From: an uncultured Spirochaetota bacterium
GTDB lineage: Bacteria > Spirochaetota > Spirochaetia > SZUA-6 > Fen-1364
DNA: 64,000 bases
Reading direction: 5' to 3'
NCBI GenBank assembly: GCA_963745235.1
Contig: CAVUXE010000015.1
Coordinates: 196,473-260,472, forward strand
Part shown: in pieces, positions 9,704 to 23,760 of the stretch
Position numbering within the stretch: the first letter of the stretch is position 1
Layout: every line of letters begins with the position of its first letter
Made by a program: the position numbers and the translations under genes
The notes under the pieces: generated by a model
The model's database searches: none
Told to the model about the DNA's origin: nothing
Seen by the model: the letters and a program-made list of their open reading frames with translations, nothing else

Positions 9704-10617
9704 TGTGCAGCTTCCTTCAGGCCGCTGACGGCCGCCTTTGAGGGGCCTGTCGACCTGCGCCGCTTGCGCAGGCTGGCAAACCGCACGATCTCCTGCACCA
9801 GATCTCCCTCCGTGGAGACTTCCATGGCGTCCGTTGCGCAACGGGCAAGTGACATGTGCAGGTCCGCCTCGCGCTTGCGCGCGGCCGCAGCGAAACGGGC
9901 GCGAAAGCCGCGCGTTATGGGTATCCAGGTGGAGCTGCTGCCCCGACTCGGCATCTTCCATGACGACCATCCCGATGTCGGGAAGAGAGCTTTCCCGCGG
10001 GTCGAGCAGGCGAACGGCAACCGCCTCGTGCCTCTGGGTGAGAATTGCCAGGGGGCGTTCCCAGCCGGGGGCGCTGATGAAATCCGAGACGATGAACAGG
10101 AGCGACGGGCGACGCACCACTCGCTGGGCGGCCTCCAGGAGCGTCGATAGCCTCGTCAAGGGAGCCCGAGGCAGCTTCGGCTCCGACACCAGGGTGCCGA
10201 TCAACCTCAGGACCTGCATTCGTCCCGTCTCGGCGGGGATGACCCGGATCGAGCTTCCGTTGATACACGAGAGCGCCCACCCGGTTTCCGTGGCGCGTGA
10301 GCAGGCGCGCCAGGACGCCGACGCTGTCCACCAGCAGGTCGCTCTTCCTCTTTCGCGCGGTGCCGAAATCCATGGACGGGCTGAGGTCGAGGAGGAACCA
10401 GGCAGTCAGGTCACGGTCCTCCACTCGCAGGCGGATGTACGGCGTCTGCGTCCGCGCCGTCACATACCAGTCGATGGCCCTCACGTCGTCGTTGAACTGG
10501 TACTCCCGCAGCTCCGCAAGCTCAAGTCCGAACCCGCGGAATACGGTCTTGTAGTTCCCCTGGAGGAGACCGTCCAGACGGCGGATCACCGTCCAGTCGA
10601 GCCTCTGGAGGATCCGT

Positions 10618-10643
<26 letters not shown>
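9700..10643 (-). CDS. DUF58 family protein (frameshifted)
   Basis: LREYQFNDDVRAIDW, DLSPSM and VSDF motifs; lies between MoxR and VWA genes. Confidence 0.85.
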
Positions 10644-11667
<1,024 letters not shown>

Positions 11668-11683
11668 GTGCGTCAAGCTCCTT

Positions 11684-12556
11684 TCAATAGGGGGCGCCGC
11701 CGAACATCCCCGCGGCGGTCTCGATCGGAATGGCAAACCCGATCCCGATGAAGACCTCTTCGCTGGTCGGGTTGAGCAGCGCCGTCACGATGCCCACTAC
11801 TTCTCCATTCCGGTTGACCAGCGGTCCGCCGGAGTTGCCCGGGTTCACCGCCGCATCGAACTGGATCAGGTCAGTGAGCGTCGCGCCTGTTTCCTTGGAC
11901 GTGAACGCCCGCCCGGTGCCGGAGACGATTCCGGCGGATGCGGAGTTCAGCAGACCGAAAGGATTCCCCACGGCAATCACCTGGTCTCCGAGGCTCAACG
12001 AGGAGGAAGCAACCAGGGTGGCTGCACGCAGGTCATCGGGAAGCGTGCTTGCCCGAAGCACCGCGAGATCGTTCTGCGGCTGGCGCATGACCACCTGCGC
12101 TTCGGACTCCGTCCCGTCTCCCGCGAAAATCACGCGGACCCGCGCCGCGTCCTTCACCACGTGGAGGCAGGTGAGGATTATTCCCTGGTCGGAGATCACG
12201 ACGCCCGTCCCGAGCGCGCCGCGCCCGCCCCCGCCCTGCGTGTTGACGAAGATGTCCACCAGAGACGGGCGGATTATCTGGTAGGCGATGCTCGCGTCCG
12301 ACGGCTTCGGAGGAAGGGCTTGCAGGGTGCGCCCGACAGCCGCATCGATGTCCCTCTGCGTGAGCTTCTGCGGCTGGGGCCTGAGGGCATCGTAGAGAAG
12401 GATGGCGGCGGCGACAAGAATGACATTGGCGGCGATGACGAGCATCGGGCCAAACCGCGCGTAGACGCGGCCGAGGAATCTCTTCACGAGCTGCCAGTCC
12501 GAAGGCGGCTCCACCGGAGGGTCTTCGCGGCCTGTCTGAGGGAGGGAGATCGTCAT
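11684..12556 (-). CDS. Membrane-anchored S1C (HtrA-like) serine protease without PDZ domain
   Basis: Single TM helix; TCLH, DLAVL and GNSGGP catalytic triad; ends right after the protease domain. Confidence 0.88.
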   Translation of the reverse strand: MTISLPQTGREDPPVEPPSDWQLVKRFLGRVYARFGPMLVIAANVILVAAAILLYDALRPQPQKLTQRDIDAAVGRTLQALPPKPSDASIAYQIIRPSLVDIFVNTQGGGGRGALGTGVVISDQGIILTCLHVVKDAARVRVIFAGDGTESEAQVVMRQPQNDLAVLRASTLPDDLRAATLVASSSLSLGDQVIAVGNPFGLLNSASAGIVSGTGRAFTSKETGATLTDLIQFDAAVNPGNSGGPLVNRNGEVVGIVTALLNPTSEEVFIGIGFAIPIETAAGMFGGAPY

Positions 12557-12668
12557 GCGCCTGCGCTCGCCTGCGCTTCTGCTGACCCTCACAGCGCCGC
12601 GGACGCTTTTGCCCTCGGTTCCAGGTATGACCACGGTATAACTTACTGCCGGAACGTCCCCGGGTGAA

Positions 12669-14167
12669 ATGCCCGGCAATCGACGGGACGTTCACCCTGT
12701 CGAAGAAGGCGTGGCTGACCCGCTGACGGACCTTGCGCGAAGACGCCTGGGAGTCTCCTACCTCTACCCGGTCCAGCGCTTCGTCATCTCCAACACGGTG
12801 GAGGGCAAGTCGCAGATCGTGATCCTGCCCACCGGGGCGGGGAAGTCTCTGTGCTTCCAGCTCCCGTCCCTGCTTCTTCCCGGGGGCAACCCTTGTCCTG
12901 GTGCCGCTCCTCTCCCTGATGGCGGACCAGCTTCGCAAGCTCAGGGCTGCCGGCGTGCAGACTGATGTCCTGCGCGGCGGCCTGACGCACAAGGAGAAGG
13001 CTGACCTGTTCACGAGCGTGCGGGAGCGAAGGACCCGGATCGTCCTTGCCACCCCGGAGGCGTGCCTCGTGGAATCCACCCTCGAGCAGTTGCGGCGGTG
13101 CGGGTTCAGCCACTTCGTTGTGGATGAGGCGCACTGCGTCTTCGAGTGGGGAGAGAGCTTCCGACCGGCCTTCCGTGAGATCGGCCGCCTTGCCCGTGCC
13201 CTCGGGATCCCCGTGCGCACGGCATTCACCGCCACCGCATCCCGACTGTCCATAGAGCGGATCCGTGAGCTTGTCTTCGACGAGGGCGAGGTAAGAGTGG
13301 TGGCCGCGGCCCCTGACAGGCCCAACATCTCCTACAGCATCCGGCACGTGCTCGCCATGGAGCACGCGCTGGCAGTGCTGGTCCGCCGCGCCCCGCGGCC
13401 CCTCCTGGCGTTCTTTCGAACGCGAAACGCCGCGGAAGTGGCGGCTCGTGCCGCGTGGAGGGCTCCATCTGAAAGGGGGGTGCGGTTCTACCACGCGGGG
13501 CTCTCCCGGGACGAGCGCGCGGACGTTGAGCAGTGGTTCCTTGGCAGCCGCGAAGGCGTCCTCTTTGCGACATGTGCGTACGGGATGGGCGTCGACAAGC
13601 CGGATATCCGGACGGTGGTCCACGTCGGGGTACCGGGCTCTGTGGAGGCGTATCTGCAGGAGACGGGGAGAGCCGGACGTGACGGCCACCCTTCCGGCGC
13701 GATTCTCCTTGTCTCCCGGGAGGACCGGGCTTTCTCCGGTGGCCTCCCGGAGGGGCCTGCCCGAGAGCGCTACGAGGGGATGCTCGGCTACGCCCTTTCC
13801 CAGGGCGTATGCAGGCGCCAGGCTCTCCTGGCTCTTATTGGAGCCGAGCCGGTTGCATGCTCGGGCTGTGACGTCTGCCGGGGGACAGAATCAGCAAGAG
13901 CCGAAGGGGAGCAGGAGATACTGGATTTCATCCGCCGCTTACCCCGCAGGTTTGCCCCGGTTCAGGCTGCTGAAATACTAACCGGGACACGCGGGCCGCG
14001 CGCGGTCCGTCGCTTCCATGACTGCGTCTCGGGCTACGGCGTCCTTCCCAGGGTGGGCAAGAGAAGACGTCGAAACGGCAATCAGAGAGCTGGTTGCCCG
14101 GGGGGCGCTTACCGTGGCCAGGCGCGGGCCTTGGAAGAGGACGCTGTGCCGCGCCCGGCCGCCGTGA
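12669..14167 (+). CDS. recQ: RecQ-family ATP-dependent DNA helicase (frameshifts near 12885 and 14050)
   Basis: PTGAGKSLCFQ, VDEAHC, YHAG, QETGRAGRDG and Zn-binding CRR...CSGCDVC. Confidence 0.85.
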
Positions 14168-14213
14168 AAGGAGTCCCGTTCGAAGAGTGGGGAGCTCAGG
14201 CCGCGGGAGCTCT

Positions 14214-15194
14214 TCAGCCTGGAGGAGATTGAGCAGCGGTCCCGGCCAGCGCGTCTACGTCCCGCGAATCGGGAAGCGCGCTCATGACCCCTTTCTTCCT
14301 GGCGGTGAGCGCTCCGGCGGCGTTTGCCCATCTGAGGCTCTGATGGAGCTTCTCCCCGGCCAGGGCCGGGCGAAGCGCGGCGCGGTCTGGCAGGATCCTC
14401 ACCAGGAGGGCCGCCATGAACGCGTCTCCGCATCCCGTGGCATCCACGGCCTCCACGGTGAATCCGGGCACCGCGCCGGCGCCGGAGCCTGTTGCCCAGG
14501 CGCTGCCGCGGGGACCGAGGGTTGCCACACAGAGGGCCGGCCCTTTTTCCGTGATCCTGCCGCAGCCTTTCTGAGGATCCTCGGTCCCCGAGAGGAGGAG
14601 AAGCTCCGCCTCGTTCACCTTGACGATGTCCGCCAGGGCAAGGGCGCTGGTGATCTCCGCCTTGGCGTGCCGCTCACTGTCCCAGAGGCCGGGGCGATAA
14701 TTCACGTCGAATGACACCGTGGCTCCGGCCGTGCCCGCCGCGCGGGCGGCCTCCAGCGTGGCGCTGCGGCAGGGCTCGGCCGCAAGACTGACAGACCCGA
14801 AGTGGTAGATGGCAGTCTCTGCAAGAAGACCCCGGTCCAGCTCCGACGGGTCCAGGAGCATGTCCGCGCCCGGGTTTCGATAGAAGAGCATCTCCGTGCG
14901 GTTGGCATCCGGGAGGGTCATGAAGTTCAGAGTCGTGCGGTAGCGCGTGTCGAAGCGCATGCCGCGCGTGTCCACGCCGTAGCTCTTGAGGACGGCTTCC
15001 AGCCTCCGACCGAAGGCATCTTCCCCTGCCTTGCCAATGAAGGCGGATTTGGCGCCGAGCCGCGCCGCGGCAACGGCGACGTTGGCGGGCGCCCCGCCGG
15101 CAACGGGAATGAAAGCAGAGACAGTGGAGAAGTCCTTTCCGGTTTCAGAGGCAAACATGTCGAGGATTATTTCGCCCAGGCACACGATATCCAT
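14214..15194 (-). CDS. PfkB-family carbohydrate kinase (fructokinase-like)
   Basis: GGAPANVA, DVNYR and DATGCGDAF. Confidence 0.92.
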   Translation of the reverse strand: MDIVCLGEIILDMFASETGKDFSTVSAFIPVAGGAPANVAVAAARLGAKSAFIGKAGEDAFGRRLEAVLKSYGVDTRGMRFDTRYRTTLNFMTLPDANRTEMLFYRNPGADMLLDPSELDRGLLAETAIYHFGSVSLAAEPCRSATLEAARAAGTAGATVSFDVNYRPGLWDSERHAKAEITSALALADIVKVNEAELLLLSGTEDPQKGCGRITEKGPALCVATLGPRGSAWATGSGAGAVPGFTVEAVDATGCGDAFMAALLVRILPDRAALRPALAGEKLHQSLRWANAAGALTARKKGVMSALPDSRDVDALAGTAAQSPPG

Positions 15195-15325
15195 GGCCGC
15201 CATCCTACAACCGACACCCGTTGCACACAAGCGCTCACTATGGTAAGCTTCCGCTAAATCCAGTCGCATCAAAAAACGACTCTGAACGCGTCAGCGCGGA
15301 GCGCGTAATCGCCCAAGGAGCCCAC

Positions 15326-15785
15326 ATGGAACAGGCGTTTCAGGCCCTCCTCGAGGAGTGGAGAGGCGTCAAGGGGAACGTCATCCCTCTGCTGCAGAAG
15401 ACCCAGGACATCTACGGATATCTCCCCGAGGAAGCCATGCGCCGGATCGCCAGGCGCCACCGGCAAGACCGCCTCTGAGATCTACGGAGTCGCCACGTTC
15501 TACGCCCAGTTCCGCTTCACGCCCATGGGGAAACATGTCATGAAGGTCTGCCATGGGACCGCGTGCCACGTGCAGGGCGCGGACTCCCTGGACACGGTGG
15601 TGGAGAGCAGGCTGGGCGTCGCGCCGGGAAACAACACGCCGGACGGCAGGTTCACAATCGAGCGCGTGGCATGCCTCGGCTGCTGCTCGCTCGCCCCGGT
15701 GGTGATGATCGACGGAGAGGTCTACGGCCGGCTCACCGGCGACAAGCTGGGAAAGATCGTGGCCGGGATCGGAGATGAAAAATGA
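15326..15785 (+). CDS. NuoE/HydC/StnA-like 2Fe-2S subunit (frameshift near 15455)
   Basis: LQKTQDIYGYLP; GVATFYAQF; VCHGTACH...ACLGCCSLAP. Confidence 0.88.
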
Positions 15786-17566
15786 GCGCTCGGGCGGAGG
15801 TCGCGGTTGGAATGAGCTCCTGCGGGATCGCATCAGGAGCGCGCGGCGTTTTCCAGGCGCTGGCCGCGGACGTCGCGAGCAGCGGCCTTTCCTGCGACGT
15901 GGTGGAAACCGGCTGCATCGGGGCCTGCCACGCGGAGCCCCTGGTGGAAGTCCGCCAGGCTGATGGAAAGAAGTTCCTCTACGGGAACGTTGACGAGGCG
16001 GGGGCGAAGTCCATTGTGGAAAGCCACCTTCGCGACGGCGTCCCGGTGACGAAGTACCTCATCCCTGAAGACTACGCATACCTGAGCCGGCAGACCAGAA
16101 TCATCCTCACCAACTGCGGCGTGATAGACCCGGAATCCATCGACCAGTACATCGCCCGGGACGGGTATGCCGCGCTCAGGAAGGCCCTCACCTCCATGAC
16201 CCCTGAGGCGGTCATCGAGGAGGTGAAGAAGTCCGGACTTCGCGGCCGCGGCGGCGCCGGGTTCTCCACCGGCATGAAGTGGACTTTCGCCAGGGATTCG
16301 AAGTCGGCCACGGGCAGGAAATACATCGTCTGCAATGCGGATGAAGGGGACCCCGGGGCTTTCATGAACAGGTCAGTCCTCGAGGGGGATCCTCACGCCG
16401 TCCTCGAGGGGATGCTGATCTGCGCGTATGCAATAGGGGCCACCGAAGGCTACATCTACGCGCGCGCGGAATATCCGCTGGCCATCAAGAGACTCCAGAT
16501 CGCGCTGCGCCAACTGGAGGAGCATCACCTGGTCGGAGAAGCAATTCTCGGCACCGCGTTCTCCTTCACGCTGCACATCAAGGAAGGGGCGGGCGCTTTC
16601 GTTTGCGGGGAAGAAACGGCGCTCATGAACTCCATCGAAGGCCAGCGCGGAATGCCGCGGCTTCGACCGCCCTTCCCCGCGGTGCGCGGCCTGTGGGACT
16701 CCCCCACGAACATCAACAACGTGGAAACCTACGCGAACATCCCGCACATCCTCCTGATGGGAAGCGGGGAGTTCGCGAAGATCGGCACGGAAAAGAGCAA
16801 GGGCACGAAGGTCTTCGCCCTTGCCGGCAAGATCAAGCGCGGCGGCATGGTGGAAGTCCCCATGGGGATCAGCCTTCGCGAGGTCATCTTCGACATCGGC
16901 GGCGGGATCCAGGGGGACAGGAAGTTCAAGGCAGTGCAGATGGGAGGCCCATCCGGCGGGTGCGTTCCCGAGAGCATGGTTGACCTGAAGATCGACTACG
17001 ACTCCCTTTCCGCGTCGGGAGCCATCATGGGGTCCGGCGGCATGGTCGTCATGGACGAATCCACCTGCATGGTGGACGTGGCGCGGTACTTCCTCAGCTT
17101 CGTCCAGAGCGAATCATGCGGCAAGTGCACCTTCTGCAGGATCGGCACAAAACGGATGCTGGAAATCCTCACGCGGATAACCGAGGGAAAGGGAGAGGAG
17201 AAGGACATAGCCGATCTGGAGGACCTGGCCATGAAAGTGAAGGTGTCCTCCCTTTGCGGGCTGGGCCAGACTTCGCCGAATCCCGTTCTGACCACTCTGC
17301 GCTATTTCCGCGCGGAGTACGATGACCACATCAGGAACCACCGTTGCGAGGCGAAGAAATGCAAGGCGCTCATCCGTTACCGCGTCACCACGGAGGCATG
17401 CACGGGGTGCATGCTGTGCGCCCGTGTGTGCCCCACCAAGGCCGCTCGCGGGGAAAGGAAGAAGGCGCACACGATTGACCAGGACGCGTGCATCAGGTGC
17501 GGTCTGTGCTTCGAGGCATGCAGGTTCGACGCGATAGAAATCACGACTGGCAAAGAAATGGTATGA
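15782..17566 (+). CDS. NuoF/HydB/StnB-like FMN/NADH-binding subunit
   Basis: N-terminal thioredoxin-like 2Fe-2S domain; GRGGAGF, NADEGDPGAFM, GGPSGG and ESCGKCTFCR; C-terminal 2x[4Fe-4S]. Confidence 0.93.
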   Translation: MSARAEVAVGMSSCGIASGARGVFQALAADVASSGLSCDVVETGCIGACHAEPLVEVRQADGKKFLYGNVDEAGAKSIVESHLRDGVPVTKYLIPEDYAYLSRQTRIILTNCGVIDPESIDQYIARDGYAALRKALTSMTPEAVIEEVKKSGLRGRGGAGFSTGMKWTFARDSKSATGRKYIVCNADEGDPGAFMNRSVLEGDPHAVLEGMLICAYAIGATEGYIYARAEYPLAIKRLQIALRQLEEHHLVGEAILGTAFSFTLHIKEGAGAFVCGEETALMNSIEGQRGMPRLRPPFPAVRGLWDSPTNINNVETYANIPHILLMGSGEFAKIGTEKSKGTKVFALAGKIKRGGMVEVPMGISLREVIFDIGGGIQGDRKFKAVQMGGPSGGCVPESMVDLKIDYDSLSASGAIMGSGGMVVMDESTCMVDVARYFLSFVQSESCGKCTFCRIGTKRMLEILTRITEGKGEEKDIADLEDLAMKVKVSSLCGLGQTSPNPVLTTLRYFRAEYDDHIRNHRCEAKKCKALIRYRVTTEACTGCMLCARVCPTKAARGERKKAHTIDQDACIRCGLCFEACRFDAIEITTGKEMV

Positions 17567-17569
17567 CAC

Positions 17570-20500
17570 ATGGGCACTGACACTACTGGCACCGTAGAGA
17601 TAACTTTTGACGGCAAGAAGCTCCTCGTCCAGCCGGGGCTGACCATCCTGGAGGTGGCGGATTCGCACGGGGTCCGCATCCCCACCCTCTGTCACGACAG
17701 GCGCCTGGACCCGTATGCGTCCTGCTGGGTGTGCCTGGTGAAGGTGGAGAAGGCGCGGGGGTTCGTGCCCAGCTGCAGCACCCGGGTGGCTCCGGGCATG
17801 GTCATTTCCACGCGGGCACCCGAGGTGAAGGCGGCGCGCACCACGGCGCTGGAGCTCATCCTCTCCAGCCACTACGGGGACTGCAAGGCGCCCTGCACGC
17901 TCACCTGCCCCTCGAACATCGACATCCAGGGCTACCTCGGCCTGGTCGCGAACGGGAAGACCCGGGAAGCGGTGGAGCTCATCCGGCAGGACAACCCAAT
18001 GCCGGCGGTGATCGGCAGGATCTGCCCCCGTCCCTGCGAGCAGAAGTGCCGAAGGAACCTGGTCGAGGAACCCCTCAACATCAACGGGATCAAGCGCTTC
18101 GTGGCTGACCTCGAGGCCGGGGCGGGAGGAATGTCGCCCCGGCCGCTTCCGCGAAAGATCGGCAGGAAAGTCGCAATTGTCGGGGCCGGCCCCGCGGGGC
18201 TCAGTGCCGCCTGGTACCTCAGTGAGAAGGGCGTGGAGGTGACCGTCTACGAAGCGATGGAGAAGGCAGGGGGGATGCTGCGCTACGGCATCCCGGACTA
18301 TCGCCTTCCCCCCGCGGTGCTGGACAGGGCGATGGCGGACATGCTGAGCATGGGTGCATCGCTGAGGACCGGAGCGCGCCTCGGGAAGGACGTCACGCTG
18401 GAAAAGCTGCGCTCGGAAAACGACGCGGTGATATTTGCCATCGGCGCCTGGAAGGGGAGAACCCTTCGCATCCCCGGTGAGGACCACCCCGCGGTGCTTT
18501 CCGGCATCGACTTCCTCCGCGACGTGAACGCCGGAAAGGCCGTGAAGGTGGGCCGCACGGTGGCCATCGTCGGCGGCGGCAACACCGCCCTGGACGCGGC
18601 GCGCTGCTCACTGCGCCACGGCGCCGAAAAAGTGACCATGTACTACCGGCGCACGCGCGAGGAGATGCCGGCATCCGAGGCGGAGATCGAGGAAGCGCTG
18701 GAGGAAGGGATCGGGATCCAGTACCTTGCGGCTCCCGTCTCCATCCAGGCGGACGGCGACACCCTGAAAAGCCTTACGCTCCTGGAGATGGCGCTGGGCG
18801 AGCCGGATGCCTCAGGCAGGCGGAGGCCCGTGCCCGTTGAGGGCTCCGAGCACAGCGTTCCCGTGGACACCATCATCTCCGCGGTGGGGCAGTTCTCGGA
18901 CACGAAGCTTCTTGCAGGCGCTCGAGGGCCTGGTCGACGCGAAGGGGAACATGGCCGCGGACCTCGAGACCGGCATCACGGACGTCCCAGGAGTCTTCGT
19001 TGCGGGAGACCTTCTCACGGGGACCGACATAGCCATTCGCGCGGTTGCCGGCGGCAAGCACGCGGCGCGCGCGGTCCTTGCGTACTTTGAGGGAAGGACC
19101 TACGCGCGGCCGAAGGAGTTCCTCTCCAAGAAGGCGGACTTCAAGGAACCCGTTGCGGCGGACTTCAAGGATACGCCGCGGGCAGCAGGGCAAAGCCGCG
19201 CGTTCTGGAGGCCGAGACGCGAAAGAGGAGCTTTGTCGAGATCGAATCCGCTCTCTCGGCGGAGCAGGCATCCCGCGAGGCTGCCCGGTGCCTGGAGTGC
19301 GGCTGCCAGGACGTGCGTGACTGCGCGCTGAAGCAGTACGCCACGGAGTACGAGCGCCTCCGCGCGCCGGTTCCCTGGCGAGGTCCCCATCCATCCCGTG
19401 GACAACTCGCATCCCCTTATCGCTCGCGACCCTTCCAAGTGCGTGCTGTGCGGCCGCTGCGTGCGGGTCTGCCTGGAGGTCCAGGGCATCGGCGTGTTCG
19501 GCTACATCCACCGGGGGTTCTCTTCGGTCATTGCGCCGTCGTTCGGCGTTCCCTTCGGCGAAGATGCTTCCTGCATCTCCTGCGGCCAGTGCGTCTCCGC
19601 GTGTCCCGTGGGCGCCCTGACAGAGAAGCTCCCGGCGAAGAAGAACGTGCCCCTTCTGGAGCGTGTAGAGGAAGGGACCTGTACGCTGTGCTCGGTGGGA
19701 TGCGCACTGGAGTACCGCTGGCACGGGAGCCTGTTCACGAGAGTGACGGAGCGCTACATGCCCCCCAACCATGGCAAGCTGTGCAGGAAGGGAAAGTTCG
19801 GGCATGAGTTCCTGAACGCGCCAGGGCCCGCCCCGGTCGACCTGAAGGCGGCCCGCGCCGCGGCGCAAAAGCTTCTTGCCGGCGCGAAGTCTCCCCTCAT
19901 GCGCCTGTCCGGGCGTCTTTCAGGTGAGACGATCGATGCCTTCCTCGAAGCGGCGGCCCGCAAGGGCATCCCCGCTGTGGCTGCAGGTCTCGAGGACCTG
20001 GATCCGCGATGGGCAGATCTCGAGTCGGCGGGCGTGATGTCTGGCGGCAACGGTGCGGCGCCGATCCGCATCCTGGTGGGGGACATCGCCTCATCCAACA
20101 ACGTCGCCTTCACGGAAGCGCTGAGGCAGCGCCGGCAGGGCCTGATCGACCTTTGGATCGCGTGCCACGACGACGAGGCAGCCCGGAGAGCGGCTTCCCG
20201 CGTGGAACCGGACCTGGCTGGCGCTCTGAGAGATGCGCTGGCGTCCGGCGTTCCCGTGGAGGTCATGGTGAGCCCCGAGAACGCGCCCTCTTCGGCGTTG
20301 GAAACGCTCCTTGCGGTGCGCTCCCGCGTCCGGGTCTTCCTCCTGTGGAGCTCTCGGAATGCGGGCTATATCTTCAAGCGCACGGCGACGCTCGGCAAGC
20401 GGGTGAGAAAGCCTGATCTGCTTCTGGATGTCGGAGCTGAAGGCTCCTCGAATGGGACGCCACGAATCTCCTGGGGAATGTCCGCGGGGAAAGAAGAGCT

Positions 20501-20621
20501 CTTCATACCCCTCGCCCGCGAGCTGTGGCTGCGCGGCCGCTCACACCCCACGGGGAGAGAGAGCGTTCAGGCGGGAGAGATAACCGACGGGGCCCTGCGG
20601 GACGCGGTGCTTATCGACTGA
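17570..20621 (+). CDS. StnC-like fusion: NuoG-type Fe-S N-terminus, GltD FAD/NADPH domain, 4Fe-4S domains and a degenerate Mo-oxidoreductase-like tail (frameshifts near 18915, 19190, 19355)
   Basis: IPTLC...CWVC...C; GRICPRPCE; GAGPAG; GGGNTALD; RCLECGC; CVLCGRC/CISCGQC; CTLCSVGC...LCRKG. Confidence 0.8.
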
Positions 20622-21208
20622 GCCCCAGGGTCGCCGGGGAACTCCCGTCTCAGCGTCTCGGTCACGAACTTCATCCAGTCTCTCCTGCGGCCCCTGTCCG
20701 GACCCCGCATGTCCCTGACAACGTAGCACTCTGCCTCCATCCCGCAGCGGCCGAGGATTGCGTCCTTCCAGAGTGACTCGAGGGCGCCCGGCCGCTCCCC
20801 TTCCTCGGCGTCAGAAGTGCAGAAAACAAGTCCCCTCTTGCCGATCAGAAGCGGCTTCCATTTCTTTTCTGCGCCGTCCTCTCCATCCAGCTCATACGCA
20901 ACGCCCTGCCTGAAGACCCTGTCCACCCAGCCCTTGAGCATGGCCGGCGGCTGGCTCCACCAGTCGGGATGGAAAATCACCAGGCCGTCCGCCTGGGTGA
21001 GCTGCCGTGAGTGCTCCTGGACCAGGTCATCCAGGCTGTAGAGGCGGGATAGCTCGGAGGAATCAAGAACCGGATCGAACCCCTCCTGGTGGAGGTCGTG
21101 AAAAAGGACCTCGTGGCCAAGCGCGCCCAGGGTCTCCCGGGCGTCTGCCGCAAGTGCGTGGTTCAGGCTTCCAGGGCGCGGATGGCAGAGGATCTCGAGA
21201 ATTCTCAT
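20567..21208 (-). CDS. Flavodoxin-fold NAD(P)H:quinone oxidoreductase (MdaB/NQO-like)
   Basis: HPRPGSLN, DL...FDP and HPDWWSQPPAMLKGWVDRV. Confidence 0.9.
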   Translation of the reverse strand: MRILEILCHPRPGSLNHALAADARETLGALGHEVLFHDLHQEGFDPVLDSSELSRLYSLDDLVQEHSRQLTQADGLVIFHPDWWSQPPAMLKGWVDRVFRQGVAYELDGEDGAEKKWKPLLIGKRGLVFCTSDAEEGERPGALESLWKDAILGRCGMEAECYVVRDMRGPDRGRRRDWMKFVTETLRREFPGDPGAQSISTASRRAPSVISPA

Positions 21209-21214
21209 CCCATT

Positions 21215-21239
21215 AAACTTGACTAAAACAGTCAGGTAA
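21215..21239. promoter_or_regulatory. Rrf2/IscR/SufR-type operator candidate (CTTGACT-AAAAC-AGTCAGG)
   Basis: Near-perfect 7-5-7 palindrome in the short divergent gap directly upstream of the suf operon; resembles IscR type-1 sites. Confidence 0.6.
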
Positions 21240-21271
21240 GTCAATTTATTAGCAGGAGAAACGCTGAAAAC

Positions 21272-21571
21272 ATGGTATCCCGGGACGCCGTCCTCATGGT
21301 GCTGAAGAACGTGGAAGACCCTGAAATCCAGATGAACATCGTGGATCTGGGTCTCGTGTACAGGGTCGACACGCGCGAAGATGCGATCGAGGTTGACTTC
21401 ACCCTCACCTACCCCGGCTGTCCCGCGGAAGAGATGATCCGAAGGGACATTACGGAGACGCTCCGCGACGCGTTCGGCGTGGAGATCAAGGCGACGACCG
21501 TCTGGTCTCCCATGTGGGGCCCCGAGCGTATGAGCGAGGAAGCGCGCCTGGCCCTCGGGTACCCCATCTGA
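21272..21571 (+). CDS. sufT: SufT/DUF59 Fe-S assembly factor
   Basis: VEDPEI..NIVDLGLVY, TLTYPGCP and WSPMWGPERMS. Confidence 0.9.
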   Translation: MVSRDAVLMVLKNVEDPEIQMNIVDLGLVYRVDTREDAIEVDFTLTYPGCPAEEMIRRDITETLRDAFGVEIKATTVWSPMWGPERMSEEARLALGYPI

Positions 21572-21590
21572 AGAATAAGAAGGGAAACAA

Positions 21591-22353
21591 ATGGCAAAGC
21601 TGATTCAGGTAAGGAATCTTCAGGCATCGATAGCGGGGAAACCCATTCTCCAGGGGATAGACCTCGACATCAGAATGGGAGAGATCGTCGCTCTCATGGG
21701 GCCCAATGGGTCCGGAAAGAGCACGCTCGCGAACGTGCTCATGGGGCATCCCGCGTACACGGTGACCGGGGGCAGCGTCCTCCTGGACGGAGAGGACTTC
21801 CTGGCGCTGAAGCCGGATGAGCGCTCCCGCAGGGGCGTGTTCCTGGCTTTCCAGTACCCCGTGGAGATCCCCGGCGTGACAGTGGGGAAGTTCCTCAAGC
21901 GGGCGGCGGAGCTCAGGGCGGACGGCAAGGGGATGGACGTCACCGCGTTCATCAAGCGCCTCCGCGAGGCCATGGATTTCATGGAGATCGACCAGGCCTT
22001 CATCAACCGCTACCTGAACCAGGGCTTTTCCGGCGGAGAAAAGAAACGCATGGAAGTCCTCCAGATGCTCATGCTGGAGCCTTCCTTCGCCCTCCTGGAC
22101 GAGACCGACTCCGGCCTGGACATCGACGCGCTGAAGGTCGTTGCCCGCGGCGTGAACAAGCTGCGGGGAGAAGGCTTCGGCGCTCTCATCATCACCCATT
22201 ACCAGCGCATCCTCACTCATATCGTGCCCGACTACGTGCACATCATGTACAAGGGGCGAATCGCGACATCGGGAGGAAAGGACCTTGTGGAGACCCTGGA
22301 GAACAGGGGATACGACTGGGTCCGCACGCAGTACGGCATAGAGGAGGACGTTC

Positions 22354-22382
<29 letters not shown>
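21591..22382 (+). CDS. sufC: Fe-S assembly ATPase SufC
   Basis: [29 protein letters not shown] and [11 protein letters not shown]. Confidence 0.96.

Positions 22383-23756
<1,374 letters not shown>

Positions 23757-23760
<4 letters not shown>

Noticed and set aside
15326-20621. [FeFe]-hydrogenase, formate dehydrogenase or complex I operon
   Set aside because: No H-cluster motifs, no recognisable Mo/W active-site Cys/Sec region and no membrane nuo genes
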